This document shows positions 18,334 through 25,603 of a DNA stretch of 32,000 bases, piece by piece. The stretch covers positions 1 through 32,000 of the forward strand of contig JBGAFW010000042.1 of NCBI GenBank assembly GCA_044227045.1. Reading direction: 5' to 3'. The notes beneath the pieces were generated by a model, which was not told the origin of the DNA, made no database searches, and saw nothing but the letters and a program-made list of their open reading frames with translations. The stretch comes from Labilithrix sp. GTDB lineage: Bacteria; Myxococcota_A; Polyangia; Polyangiales; Polyangiaceae. The position numbers were made by a program, and so were the translations under genes. How positions within the stretch are numbered: the stretch's first letter is position 1; every line of letters begins with the position of its first letter.

Positions 18334-18903
18334 CCTGAACGAATGCTCTGGCTGCGAAGCGAGCTGCCCGACGGTGGAGGTGTGAGGGTGCTCTCCATCG
18401 CGCATCGATAAGCGGCGGACGCTCCAGTTGCCGCCCTCAAACCTCGAGGGAAATGGCCTCGTCTACGGGATGCTCGTCCGGAGATGAGCGTGCGCGTTTG
18501 CTCACACATGAGCACTCACGCCATCACGAAGGCGTCTCAGCAACCTCGTGCATCGCGGGCGAGCGAGAGGGTCGCGGTCGACGAAGCTCGAGAGGCGTGA
18601 TCCTCCGGCGCGGAAAAAAAGTGATGAGAACGTTTCGTTTCGTTCCACGTCTTAGCGTGGCGTGGACGATAATCAGACGAGGGGAGTTTCTTTCGAAACT
18701 GCCCAACGCTCATGTCTCGAGACACGTCGAAGTTGTGGCCGCATGTCACGTCGGGAACAAACCCACGTAGCTTGATCGCTTCGATCGGCGGCCGCTATAC
18801 TCACGATGCAACACAAACTGGCTGATTTCCGGGAGCAAAGCGCGCTCCCTCCCTTTGACAACTCCCGCCAAAGAATACGCGCTCTCGTAAGGACGGTTCT
18901 GCG

Positions 18904-20664
18904 ATGAAGATTCAGTGCCAGTCTTGCCAGGCCAAATACACAATCGCGGACGAAAAGGTCCTGGGCAAGGTCGTCAAAATTCGCTGCAAGAAGTGCAGCT
19001 CGACGATCGTGATCAACGGCAACGAGCAGCAGCATGCCGAGGACGCCGCGGACACGCACGTCTTCGACTATGCAAACCAGTCCAACGAGCAGTGGACGGT
19101 GAACGTTGCGGACGGTGATCAGCGAACGATGACCGTCGCGGAGATCGCCGCCGAGTACAAGACCGGCGTGATCAACGATGAGACCTATTGCTGGAAGGAC
19201 GGCATGGCCGATTGGCTTCCGCTCCGTGAGATCGAGCAGATCTTCGGCGCGGTGAAGCTCGGACCGCAAGCGAGCCGTGCGCCGGAGGTCTCGGTCACTC
19301 CGTCGGTGCCGCCGCCCGCAGCCGCTCCGCTCTTTGCTCCGGCGTCCGCCGCGGCCGAGAGCCCGTTCGCCGCGCCTGCGCACGCCAACGGCAACGGCAA
19401 CGGAAGCGCCGCGCTCTTCGGTGGAGGTGCAGCAGCCGCCGTCGAACAACACGCTCCTGCAGCGGCGCGTCGCGCGGGTGGCCGCGCGCAAGGCGCCGAC
19501 CTCTTCGGCAACGTCGAGAAGGCGGGCGGCGAAGACGACGTGATGACGAGCGCAGCCACGGGCGCGATGGCGGCCGGTGGTGGCGCAGGCGCAGCGGCGG
19601 CGGGCGAAGAGAAGCTCACCGGCCAGCGCAACGAGAACAGCGTCCTCTTCTCTCTCTCGGCGCTCACCGACAAGCCCAAGGAGCCCACCACGACGAACCG
19701 CACGACGGCGTCTGCGGACGGCTCCGGCCTCATCGACATCCGCGCGCTCAGCGCGAACATGGATGAGGGCGACAAGAAGAAGAAGGACGCGGGCGCGCGT
19801 GTCGACGACATCATGAACCTCAGCGGCGGCGGCGCGTTCGGCGCGGCGCTCGCGGCACCAATCCTCGCTCCTCCTCCGCTCGAGCCCGTCGACATGGGCG
19901 TGACGGCGACGGGTGAGCCCGCAAAGCAGAACAAGACGCTCATCTTCGCGATCCTCGGCGGCTGCGCCTTCATCGCGATCGCGATCGTCGCGGCCGTCGC
20001 GCTCACGCGCGGACCTGCGACCGACGCGAAGGCCGACAACAACAAGCCCACGACGTCGGGCAGCGGCACGCCGGCGACCGACAACAGCGGCTCCGGCGCG
20101 CTCGCGATGAACGACACGAACCCGAACGGCACGGTCACCGCGCCGACGGGCGACACGCCTCCACCTCCAGGCACCGGCAACACGCCAGGCAAGACGGGCG
20201 CGGTCAACGCGGCGCCGAAGGGCAACACCCCGCCGCCGACGCCTGGAAAGAAGGAGCCCGACAAGCCCGGTGGAAACACGGCGCCGCCCACGCCTCCGCC
20301 GACGCCCGACAAGCCGAAGAGCCTCGAAGACGGCCTCCGTGAAGCCGCGAACAAGCCGAAGCCGCCCGAGAACTCGAGCGGCGGCGGTGGCGGATCGACC
20401 GCCGCGTTCGACCGTGGCGCCGCAGCGGCTGCGCTCGGCGGCGTCAACGTCCAGTCGTGCAAGAAGGCCGATGGACCGACGGGCTCCGGCCACGTCACCG
20501 TCACCTTCCAGCCCGACGGAAGCGTGCAGTCGGCCGTCGTCGACTCCGGTCCGTTCCCCGGCACTCCGGTCGGCGGATGCATCGCGGGCAAGTACCGCGG
20601 CGCTCACGTCCCGGCGTTCGGCGGCGCGCCCGTTCGCGTCGGCAAGAGCTTCAGCATCAACTGA
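18904..20664 (+). CDS. Zinc-ribbon (MJ0042-type) + GYF_2 domain bitopic protein with AgmX/PglI-type C-terminal domain (GltJ/AgmX-like architecture)
   Basis: 'MKIQCQSCQAKYTIADEKVLGKVVKIRCKKCSSTIVING' (zinc ribbon). 'EQWTVNVADGDQRTMTVAEIAAEYKTGVINDETYCWKDGMADWLPLREIEQIF' (GYF_2). Ala/Gly/Pro-rich linkers carry 'NENSVLFSLSAL' and 'SGLIDIRAL'. TM 'LIFAILGGCAFIAIAIVAAVAL'. The two-Cys C-terminus is 'VNVQSCKKADGPTGSGHVTVTFQPDGSVQSAVVDSGPFPGTPVGGCIAGKYRGAHVPAFGGAPVRVGKSFSIN'. AAGGA lies 10 nt before the ATG. Confidence 0.7.
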   Translation: MKIQCQSCQAKYTIADEKVLGKVVKIRCKKCSSTIVINGNEQQHAEDAADTHVFDYANQSNEQWTVNVADGDQRTMTVAEIAAEYKTGVINDETYCWKDGMADWLPLREIEQIFGAVKLGPQASRAPEVSVTPSVPPPAAAPLFAPASAAAESPFAAPAHANGNGNGSAALFGGGAAAAVEQHAPAAARRAGGRAQGADLFGNVEKAGGEDDVMTSAATGAMAAGGGAGAAAAGEEKLTGQRNENSVLFSLSALTDKPKEPTTTNRTTASADGSGLIDIRALSANMDEGDKKKKDAGARVDDIMNLSGGGAFGAALAAPILAPPPLEPVDMGVTATGEPAKQNKTLIFAILGGCAFIAIAIVAAVALTRGPATDAKADNNKPTTSGSGTPATDNSGSGALAMNDTNPNGTVTAPTGDTPPPPGTGNTPGKTGAVNAAPKGNTPPPTPGKKEPDKPGGNTAPPTPPPTPDKPKSLEDGLREAANKPKPPENSSGGGGGSTAAFDRGAAAAALGGVNVQSCKKADGPTGSGHVTVTFQPDGSVQSAVVDSGPFPGTPVGGCIAGKYRGAHVPAFGGAPVRVGKSFSIN

Positions 20665-20669
20665 CGCTG

Positions 20670-20689
20670 GCCGAGCCGGAGGGCTCGGC
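20670..20689 (+). terminator. GC-rich hairpin 6 nt after the stop codon (weak terminator candidate)
   Basis: GCCGAGCC-ggag-GGCTCGGC, an 8-bp perfect stem. No U-tract follows. Confidence 0.3.
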
Positions 20690-20706
20690 GCGTCGGTCCA
20701 CCTCGA

Positions 20707-20823
20707 ATGTCGGCCCTCGGCATCGCGCTCGCAGTGGTCGCCGGGTTCATCCTCGGCGTCCGCGTCGGCTTCGCCTTGGCGCATCGCGAGCAGCGAAAAC
20801 GAGCCGCGAAGCGCAAGGCGTGA
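20707..20823 (+). CDS. Candidate 38-aa single-TM mini-protein (below the ORF-track cutoff)
   Basis: ATG..TGA encodes 'MSALGIALAVVAGFILGVRVGFALAHREQRKRAAKRKA': one hydrophobic helix plus a Lys/Arg tail. Third-position GC is high, as in neighbouring genes. No convincing Shine-Dalgarno sequence. It is in the same frame as the preceding gene. Confidence 0.35.
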   Translation: MSALGIALAVVAGFILGVRVGFALAHREQRKRAAKRKA

Positions 20824-20884
20824 TTTGCGGCCTCGCGCTCCTCGACGGAATGCTCCGTACCCAGCCCCCGCGTGAGCGGAACGC

Positions 20885-22138
20885 TCAGCGGAAGCCGCCG
20901 GCGAAGACTTCGCAGACGTAGACGTTCCCCGCGTCGTCCTTCACCACCGCGACCCCCAGATGCGTGTAGTCTGCACGCAGCAGGTTCAGCCGGTGCGATG
21001 GGCTCGCGTGAAGGGCGCGGTGCGCCAGCGCGACCGAGCGTGATCGCGCCACGTTCTCTCCGACGATGCGTGCCGAGAACCCTTCGTTCTCGAACCGCGT
21101 CGCGAGATCGCCCTCCCCGTCTCCGAGATCGTGCGCGACACGCTTCGTCTGGAGCATGTGCTCGGCGTGCGCTCGCGCGAGCGCGTCGAGGCGCGGATCA
21201 CGAACGAGCACACCGAGCGATTCGGTCGCGCGAAGCGTCGTGATCATCCGCGTGAGGATCTCCTCGTCCTCCGACCCGGCGGCCACGAGCGGTCGGGCGA
21301 CGTCTTCCCCCGGCGCAGGCGCATCGGTCGAGAACGGCTCGACGTCGGCGAAGACACGCGCCTCGAGCAGCGGTCGCGGCCCTTGATCCACGACGTCGCA
21401 CACCACCTGCACGGTGAAGGCGCCGGGGCGGTCGAGCGGAAAGCGAGCACGAACGACAGGGATCTTGGTCGAGCGATCGATCGTCGTCGGCGCCGTGCGC
21501 GGCACGCCACGCGGTCCGAGGAGGACGACCTTCGCATGCGTCGCGTTCACGTGAAGCGGCGCCGCCAAGGTGAGCCACTCGCCCGTGCGCGCACGCGTCG
21601 GCAGCGGCTCCAGATCGGCGAGCGCGTCGACCGCGACCGCGACGAGGATCGCGCCCTCGCCTCCGCTGGTCGGATCCGCGATCGCTACCCCGCAGCGCGT
21701 CTTCTCGCGCTTCAGCGACGCGAGCTGGCGATCGACGCTCGCGCTTTTGTCGAGCTCGGAGGCGCTCGCGGCGACGGCCTTGAGCACGCGCGGGCGGACG
21801 TGCGGCACGCCCATCTCACGAAGGAGCGTGGTCACCTGTTGATCGGCGTCGATCGGTCCGTTGCCAACCCGCGACGCGACGCGACGCGCGACCTCTGCGA
21901 GGACGCCGTCAGGCTCACCGCAACGCGTGTCGGCGGCGAGGGCCGCGCCCGTGACGGGCGGCGACGGCGACTGCGTCGCGTGAGCCCACGCGGTCGTCTC
22001 GTCTTTCGGCTTCGGCTCCGCCGCGCTCGACGTCGTGATCGCACGCGGCGTCGGCGGAGGCTTCGGTCCGTCGGGCGCGCGAGCGCTCGTGCACGCGGAG
22101 AGCGCGATGAGGAGAAGGACAAGCCCCGAGCGCGTCAC
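20885..22138 (-). CDS. CAP/SCP (PR-1, YkwD-like) domain lipoprotein
   Basis: The C-terminal '...LARAHAEHMLQTKRVAHDLGDGEGDLATRFENEGFSARIVGENVARSRSVALAHRALHASPSHRLNLLRADYTHLGVAVVKDDAGNVYVCEVFA' is a CAP domain. GTG 22138 gives the lipoprotein signal 'VTRSGLVLLLIALSAC'. The track start at 22213 is a TTG. Confidence 0.7.
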   Translation of the reverse strand: MTRSGLVLLLIALSACTSARAPDGPKPPPTPRAITTSSAAEPKPKDETTAWAHATQSPSPPVTGAALAADTRCGEPDGVLAEVARRVASRVGNGPIDADQQVTTLLREMGVPHVRPRVLKAVAASASELDKSASVDRQLASLKREKTRCGVAIADPTSGGEGAILVAVAVDALADLEPLPTRARTGEWLTLAAPLHVNATHAKVVLLGPRGVPRTAPTTIDRSTKIPVVRARFPLDRPGAFTVQVVCDVVDQGPRPLLEARVFADVEPFSTDAPAPGEDVARPLVAAGSEDEEILTRMITTLRATESLGVLVRDPRLDALARAHAEHMLQTKRVAHDLGDGEGDLATRFENEGFSARIVGENVARSRSVALAHRALHASPSHRLNLLRADYTHLGVAVVKDDAGNVYVCEVFAGGFR

Positions 22139-22244
22139 GCTGCGAACGTAACGGTCTCTCTCCTCCTTGTCGAAAACGCTGCTCGTCGGGGACCAGGTGG
22201 CCTCTGAGGCCAATGCCGAGGCATTGGCCTTCGAGGCATCGGCG

Positions 22245-24047
22245 CTAGGGCTTCTTCACCTTGTTCGTGTCCTCTTCCTCGAGGATCTTGAACTCGACGC
22301 GGCGGTTCTTTGCACGCCCCGCCTCGGTCTCGTTGTCTTCGATCGGCTTCTCCATGCCGTAGCCGTGCGCTTCGAGGCGGCCCGCCTCGACGCCGTGCTG
22401 CGTGAGCCAATTCATGACGGAGTTTGCGCGGTCTTGCGACAGCTTCTTGTTGAGGTCGGCCGCGCCCTTGTTGTCGGTGTGGCCTTCGATGCTCATCTTC
22501 TTGATGGCCTTGTTCGACTTCAAGTAGTCGGCGACCTCTTGGAGAACGGGGAAGCTCTCCGGGAGGATTTGCGCCGTACCGAACGCGAAGTGCACTTGCT
22601 GCAGGACGCGCACGACCTCGCCGCCGACGCTGATGAACGTCGGGCAGCCGTTCTTCTTCGGATCGGAGCTCGGCTTGCCGGGCACCTTCGGACATGCGTC
22701 TTGGGCGTCCGCGATGCCGTCGGTGTCGGCGTCGTCTTCGGGACATCCGTCGCCGTCGTCGATGCCGTCCTTGTCCTCCGGCTGGTCCGGGCACTTGTCG
22801 TACTGATCCGGGATGCCGTCGCCGTCGCGATCGGGCGGCATCGGGCAGCCGTCGTTCGGATCGTTGCCCTTGTGATCCTCGGGATCGTCCGGGCACGCGT
22901 CGATATCGTCGGGGATGCCGTCGTGATCGCGATCGGCGGAGTGTTGCTGGCGCCAGCGCTCGCGGACCTCGGCCTTGCGCTCGGGCGACTTCGCCTCCGA
23001 CTCGAGGATCGGGACGTACACGCCGAGCATGCCGACGATGCGAAGATCGGGCGCGCCGTAGCCGCGAAGGATGGACGAGCCGGCGCCTGCGCCGACCCAC
23101 CAGTGATCGGCGCCGCCGAAGCGCATGCGCCCTTCGAGGTTGAACTCGATCGGCGTGTTGCGCTTGGTGAAGGCGGTGGAGCCGATGATGTCGTCGCTCT
23201 CGATCCCGGTCTGGCCGAAGATCGTGCCGCCGAGGCGGTATTTGCCGTCCTTCAGCGGGATGAACGCGCCGACGGCCCATCGCCATTCGTTGCCGATGCC
23301 GAGCCCGTTGTCGTTGACCGGATCGTTGATCGAGTGACGCGGGCGGAAGTGGAGCCCGGTGTTCGCGGACAGGACGAGGAACTTCACCTGCGTCTCGCCG
23401 CTCACCATGATCATGCCGGAGGTCTTGTCGTCACCGCCGAAGTTGTTGGTGGTGCCTGCCGGGAAGAAGACGGAGAGCTGCGCGCCGAACGCGCTCTTGC
23501 GATCTTCGGTGCGGGCGAGGACCGCGCGGAGGTCGAGGCGGAAGTCGCCGGCGCCAGGTCCGCCCGGGGTCACGACCGTCGTGCGGTTCGTCCCGCCCGT
23601 GGGGATGCCGCCGTTGCCTTGGTAGTTCGGGTTGCTACCCGTCTGGATCGGGTACCAAGGAAACGCGAGCGCCAACGTCGCCCGATCGAGCAGCTGGAAG
23701 CCCGCGTTGCCGTAGACCGCGAACTGATCTTGGATCATCGTCGAGCTCGATCGCGCGAGCGTCGCGCTGTCGCTCGTGATCGTGCTCGTTCGCAGCGGCC
23801 TCAGCTGGTAGCCAAGCCCGAGCTGACCGAAGAAGATCGTCCGCTGGTTCGTTACGGGACGGAAAAGAACGACTCCGTCATCCGGCGCACCTGGCATCTC
23901 GAGCCGATCGAGGTGGAAGGTCTTCTGTTGAGCTTCCGCTGTGCTCGGGGTCAGAAGTGTTGCGCCAGCCGCTGCAAGAGAGAGGGTGGCGGCGCCCAAC
24001 GCAGCACGCCGACCTCGACCACGACCACGTCTTGATGTTTCGCCCAT
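22245..24047 (-). CDS. OmpA-family outer-membrane protein with TSP3 repeats (paralog of 14546..16570)
   Basis: Signal 'RRAALGAATLSLAAAGATLLTPSTAEA'. TSP3 units 'DRDHDGIPDDIDACPDDPED', 'DRDGDGIPDQYDKCPDQPEDKDGIDDGDGCP' and 'DTDGIADAQDACP'. OmpA domain 'ILPESFPVLQEVADYLKSNKAIKKMSIEGHTDNKGAADLNKKLSQDRANSVMNWL...NRRVEFKIL'. Confidence 0.85.
   Translation of the reverse strand: MGETSRRGRGRGRRAALGAATLSLAAAGATLLTPSTAEAQQKTFHLDRLEMPGAPDDGVVLFRPVTNQRTIFFGQLGLGYQLRPLRTSTITSDSATLARSSSTMIQDQFAVYGNAGFQLLDRATLALAFPWYPIQTGSNPNYQGNGGIPTGGTNRTTVVTPGGPGAGDFRLDLRAVLARTEDRKSAFGAQLSVFFPAGTTNNFGGDDKTSGMIMVSGETQVKFLVLSANTGLHFRPRHSINDPVNDNGLGIGNEWRWAVGAFIPLKDGKYRLGGTIFGQTGIESDDIIGSTAFTKRNTPIEFNLEGRMRFGGADHWWVGAGAGSSILRGYGAPDLRIVGMLGVYVPILESEAKSPERKAEVRERWRQQHSADRDHDGIPDDIDACPDDPEDHKGNDPNDGCPMPPDRDGDGIPDQYDKCPDQPEDKDGIDDGDGCPEDDADTDGIADAQDACPKVPGKPSSDPKKNGCPTFISVGGEVVRVLQQVHFAFGTAQILPESFPVLQEVADYLKSNKAIKKMSIEGHTDNKGAADLNKKLSQDRANSVMNWLTQHGVEAGRLEAHGYGMEKPIEDNETEAGRAKNRRVEFKILEEEDTNKVKKP
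22641..22937 (-). repeat. Coding TSP3 repeats of the second OmpA-family gene
   Basis: aa ~371-469, with periodic DxDxDG..D.CP units. Confidence 0.75.
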
Positions 24048-24438
24048 TCCCGTCCGCGCTCAGCAAAACTTGGAAGTAAGAAGAGAGGAGCTACTGTGCC
24101 CAACTCCTCGAGAGAACAGCAAAACTGCGCTGCCCAGCCTAACAGTGTTCAAAGCGCATCATCGCCTTTTCACGCGGGAAAAAGCAAAACAAGAGAGCAG
24201 TCTTTCGCGACTCGATGCGGAGCGACCCCGCGCGGCAATCATCCGCCAAGGGATATTCGGGATCGTATGGTGGTACGTGGTGATGGGCTCAAGGTCGGCA
24301 CAGTGAGAAAAGTGAGAAAGAAGCGAGGTATCGCCGCGTCTTCGCAAAGACTTGCTTGACGCGGGCGGCGGTCGGTGCTTTTTTTCGCGGCCCGTTTTCA
24401 AGGGGAACAACCCTCGAAGACGAAAACCGAGATTTGTC

Positions 24439-24597
24439 ATGGCCAAGCCGAAGCGAACTTATCAGCCCCACAACACCCGCCGCCTGCGCACGCACGGCTT
24501 CCTCGCACGCATGGCCACCCGTGGTGGTGCGAAGGTCTTGGCGAACCGCCGTCGTAAGGGACGGAAGCGCCTGACGGTCACCATCTTCAAGAAGTAA
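24439..24597 (+). CDS. rpmH: 50S ribosomal protein L34
   Basis: '[47 protein letters not shown]' is the canonical L34 sequence. Followed by rnpA. Confidence 0.95.
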   Translation: MAKPKRTYQPHNTRRLRTHGFLARMATRGGAKVLANRRRKGRKRLTVTIFKK

Positions 24598-24617
24598 ACA
24601 CCACGTCTCGAGAACCC

Positions 24618-25121
24618 GTGTCTCCTTCCGGGTTCACGTTTGGTCGAGAGCGTCGCATTCGCCGGCGCGCCGATTTCGTGCGCGTTCAGACCGTCGGTGA
24701 GCGCGCCACAAGCAGGCACTTCGTCCTTCTCGTCGCGCGCCAACTTCCGTCTGCTCCCATTTCTGGGACGAGCGCCAGGCAGGCTGCGTCACGCCTTGGG
24801 ATCGTCGCGACGAAGAAGGTCGGCGACGCAACCATGCGAAATCGCATCAAACGGCTCTGCCGTGAGTGCTTTCGCCTCTGGCCGGGCTTCGTGCCGGACG
24901 AGATCGATCTGGTCGTGATCGCGCGCGAAGGCGCCGCCGACCTCACGCTCGCGAAGGTGCGCGAGGAGTGGTCGCAGGCGCGGCCTTCGCTGCTCCGGCG
25001 TTGCGAGGGCGTGCTGCGGGCGCCGCCGAAGGTCGCCCCCAAGCCGGACCGCAGCAAACCTGGCGCCGGCGCGGAAAAACCCGCGCCGAATCGTGACAAG
25101 AAAGCGAAAAAAGCACGGTAG
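24618..25121 (+). CDS. rnpA: Ribonuclease P protein component (with extended basic C-terminal tail)
   Basis: GTG start 20 nt after rpmH. 'RIRRRADFVRVQ...', 'LGIVATKKVGDATMRNRIKRLCRECFR' (RNR motif) and 'DLVVIAREGAA'. The C-terminus is 'APPKVAPKPDRSKPGAGAEKPAPNRDKKAKKAR'. Confidence 0.9.
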   Translation: MSPSGFTFGRERRIRRRADFVRVQTVGERATSRHFVLLVARQLPSAPISGTSARQAASRLGIVATKKVGDATMRNRIKRLCRECFRLWPGFVPDEIDLVVIAREGAADLTLAKVREEWSQARPSLLRRCEGVLRAPPKVAPKPDRSKPGAGAEKPAPNRDKKAKKAR

Positions 25122-25247
25122 AGCCGGTGAATTCGGCTGGCGCCCGCACCGTTCCGGCATCATGTTCCGCCTCGCCGGGTTGGCTCTCGCAGAAGCCACC
25201 TCGCTTTATCCCTCCCAAGAAGACTGGGATCGGAATGCTGTTCCGCC

Positions 25248-25520
25248 ATGCCTAACCTCCTCACGCGCATCCTCGTGGCCTTCGTGCGCGTCTATCAGGC
25301 GGCGCTCTCTCCGTTCCTCGGCCGAGTCTGTCGATTCGAGCCTTCCTGCTCCCGTTACGCCGTGGCGTGCCTCGAGGAGCATGGTGCCCTGCGCGGTAGC
25401 TTGCTTTCGGTGAAACGCCTGTGTAAGTGCCATCCGTTTCACCCGGGCGGCTTCGACCCTCCTCCGAAAAGGAAGGTTCAAGCTCCCAAGCTCGCAGAAG
25501 AAAATCACATCGCCACGTAG
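25248..25520 (+). CDS. yidD: Membrane protein insertion efficiency factor YidD
   Basis: 'VRVYQAALSPFLGRVCRFEPSCSRYAVACLEEHGALRGSLLSVKRLCKCHPFHPGGFDPPP' is the canonical YidD sequence. Confidence 0.9.
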   Translation: MPNLLTRILVAFVRVYQAALSPFLGRVCRFEPSCSRYAVACLEEHGALRGSLLSVKRLCKCHPFHPGGFDPPPKRKVQAPKLAEENHIAT

Positions 25521-25603
25521 GACAGCAGCGCGCGGTCACGCCGCCGAATCTCGTCGAGGCCACGCGAACGCGCCGCTCTCGACATCCCGACGAAAGAAGC
25601 TGA

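Noticed and set aside
18855-18880. Sigma-70 promoter for the GltJ-like gene (perfect TTGACA at 18855-18860)
   Set aside because: No acceptable -10 hexamer occurs at 15-19 nt spacing (the candidates are ATACGC and TACGCG). It is kept only as a remark in the finding on the intergenic region.
22139-22213. Strong AGGAGG (22167-22162, minus strand) as the RBS for the CAP-domain gene
   Set aside because: It lies 23 nt upstream of GTG 22138 and downstream of TTG 22213, so it fits neither start. It is probably coding sequence (KEE) if the TTG is used. The start is left ambiguous.
16753-24035. Antisense or alternative-frame ORFs 16753..18156 (-), 18673..20784 (-), 19185..20591 (-), 21131..22207 (+), 22135..23286 (-) and 22167..24035 (+)
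   Set aside because: They have Arg/Ala/Gly-dominated composition and no recognisable domains. Each lies fully within a gene whose chosen frame shows clear domains (zinc ribbon/GYF, CAP, OmpA).
24048-24438. oriC / DnaA-box cluster next to rpmH
   Set aside because: The best matches to TTATCCACA/TGTGGATAA found by eye are only 5-6 of 9 (for example TGTGCCCAA at about 24095). There is no dnaA gene adjacent. This is insufficient to call an origin.
24096-24446. Small ORFs in the rpmH upstream region (24096..24359 +, 24159..24446 -, and the N-terminal extension of 24352..24597)
   Set aside because: They have low GC3, odd composition and overlap one another in an intergenic region. L34 clearly begins at ATG 24439.
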